This document shows positions 63,120-64,000 of a stretch of DNA of 64,000 bases, piece after piece (the stretch's first letter is position 1; every line of letters begins with the position of its first letter). The position numbers and the translations under genes are program-made. The notes under the pieces were generated by a model. That model ran no database searches. It was not told the DNA's origin and saw nothing but the letters and a program-made list of their open reading frames with translations. The stretch is from Eledone cirrhosa (taxonomy: Eukaryota): contig OZ024743.1 of NCBI GenBank assembly GCA_964016885.1, positions 234,856,001 through 234,920,000 of the forward strand, read 5' to 3'.

Positions 63120-64000
63120 ACTGACTGTAGTAGGTTTTACTTTGCACTTAGGTAAGGCGGGTCTTCTCTATTACTGAGAACCGCCAAAGGTCTCGGTCCA
63201 GTGACATTGTCTTGGAGAGGTGTAAGTGTGTGAGGTCGGAATTTATCAGCTCGTCCCAGGTTTTTCTGGGTCTGCCTACTCCGTGGCTACCGTCTATCTT
63301 TATTGCCCTGCACTTTGCTATACAGCTGTCGTCTTTCATGCGCATCACGTGACCATACCAACGTAGCCTTCTCTCGAGTAAACAACATCTGATCCCTCTT
63401 ATTTCTAATTTTTTCCTTAGTTCGTTTATGCTTTGCCGTTCGCGTATATTACTATTACACATCCAGCGGAGCATGCAAGCTTCGTTCCTCTCTAGTCTGC
63501 GTATATCCTATGCACACAATGCCCAGGTCTCACTGCCATGCAACATTGCTGTTCGTATGCAGGCATCATACAACCTGCCTTTCATTTTTAGGGAGAACCC
63601 TTTAGCGGCTAATAGTGGTATAAGCTCTCTGAACTTTTTCCATCCAGTTCTGACTCTAGCTACTGTACTTTCAGAGCACCCTCCCCCACTGCTGATTTTG
63701 TCACCCAGGTAACGGAAGCTGTCCACTATTTCTATAGAACCCTCTGCGCAGTTGAAAGAGCTAGTATTTTGTGGGCACTTGCTGCTACTTATTGCACCAG
63801 AGCACCGGCCACATGTAAAATCTGTGTTCTTAGTTAGCTTACCTGTGATCCCACTACATCTTTTATGCACCCATACTTTGCATTTGGGATATAAAATGGA
63901 GTTTCTACCTACGCCTTTCCTACACACTGAGCATGGCCATTTCCCGGAAGGGACCGGCGCCTTATTTTCTTTCCTACAAACTAGAACTTTAGTCTTAGCC
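63120..64000 (-). mobile_element. RTE-clade LINE (RTE-X-like with Cys-rich insert), 3' part; continues beyond the window
   Basis: ORFs CRKGVGRNSI..CKVWVHKRCSG...FRYLGD...GWKKFREL...SETW and RRLRWYGHVMRM...GRPRKTW, separated by an in-frame stop. Confidence 0.9.

Overview
AT-rich, intron-rich animal genomic DNA. The SINE/RTE/MITE content points to a coleoid cephalopod, probably an octopod (inference). Genes: last exon of an unidentified + strand gene (1713-1791); intronless TANGO6 (-) head-to-head with a 19-exon cactin gene (+; splicing reconstructed by hand to 710 aa); a beta-1,3-galactosyltransferase (-); and the last three coding exons of synaptogyrin (-). The rest holds RTE LINE fragments, three SINE families, MITEs and minisatellites. 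Main find: a fossil RAG1-like/Transib-type DNA transposon at 33009-38028, split by nested insertions and largely missed by the ORF track. It has a CACAGTG heptamer left end, a one-mismatch right end and an exact 5-bp TSD (TGATA). Its decayed transposase aligns by eye with RAG1 core motifs plus a C-terminal CxxC tail, and there is no room for a RAG2-like gene. Other points of interest: foldback elements built from hammerhead ribozyme relics, inverted SINE pairs next to coding exons, and a candidate B3GALT first exon directly after the synaptogyrin poly(A) signal. All translations and alignments were done by eye; no database search was run.
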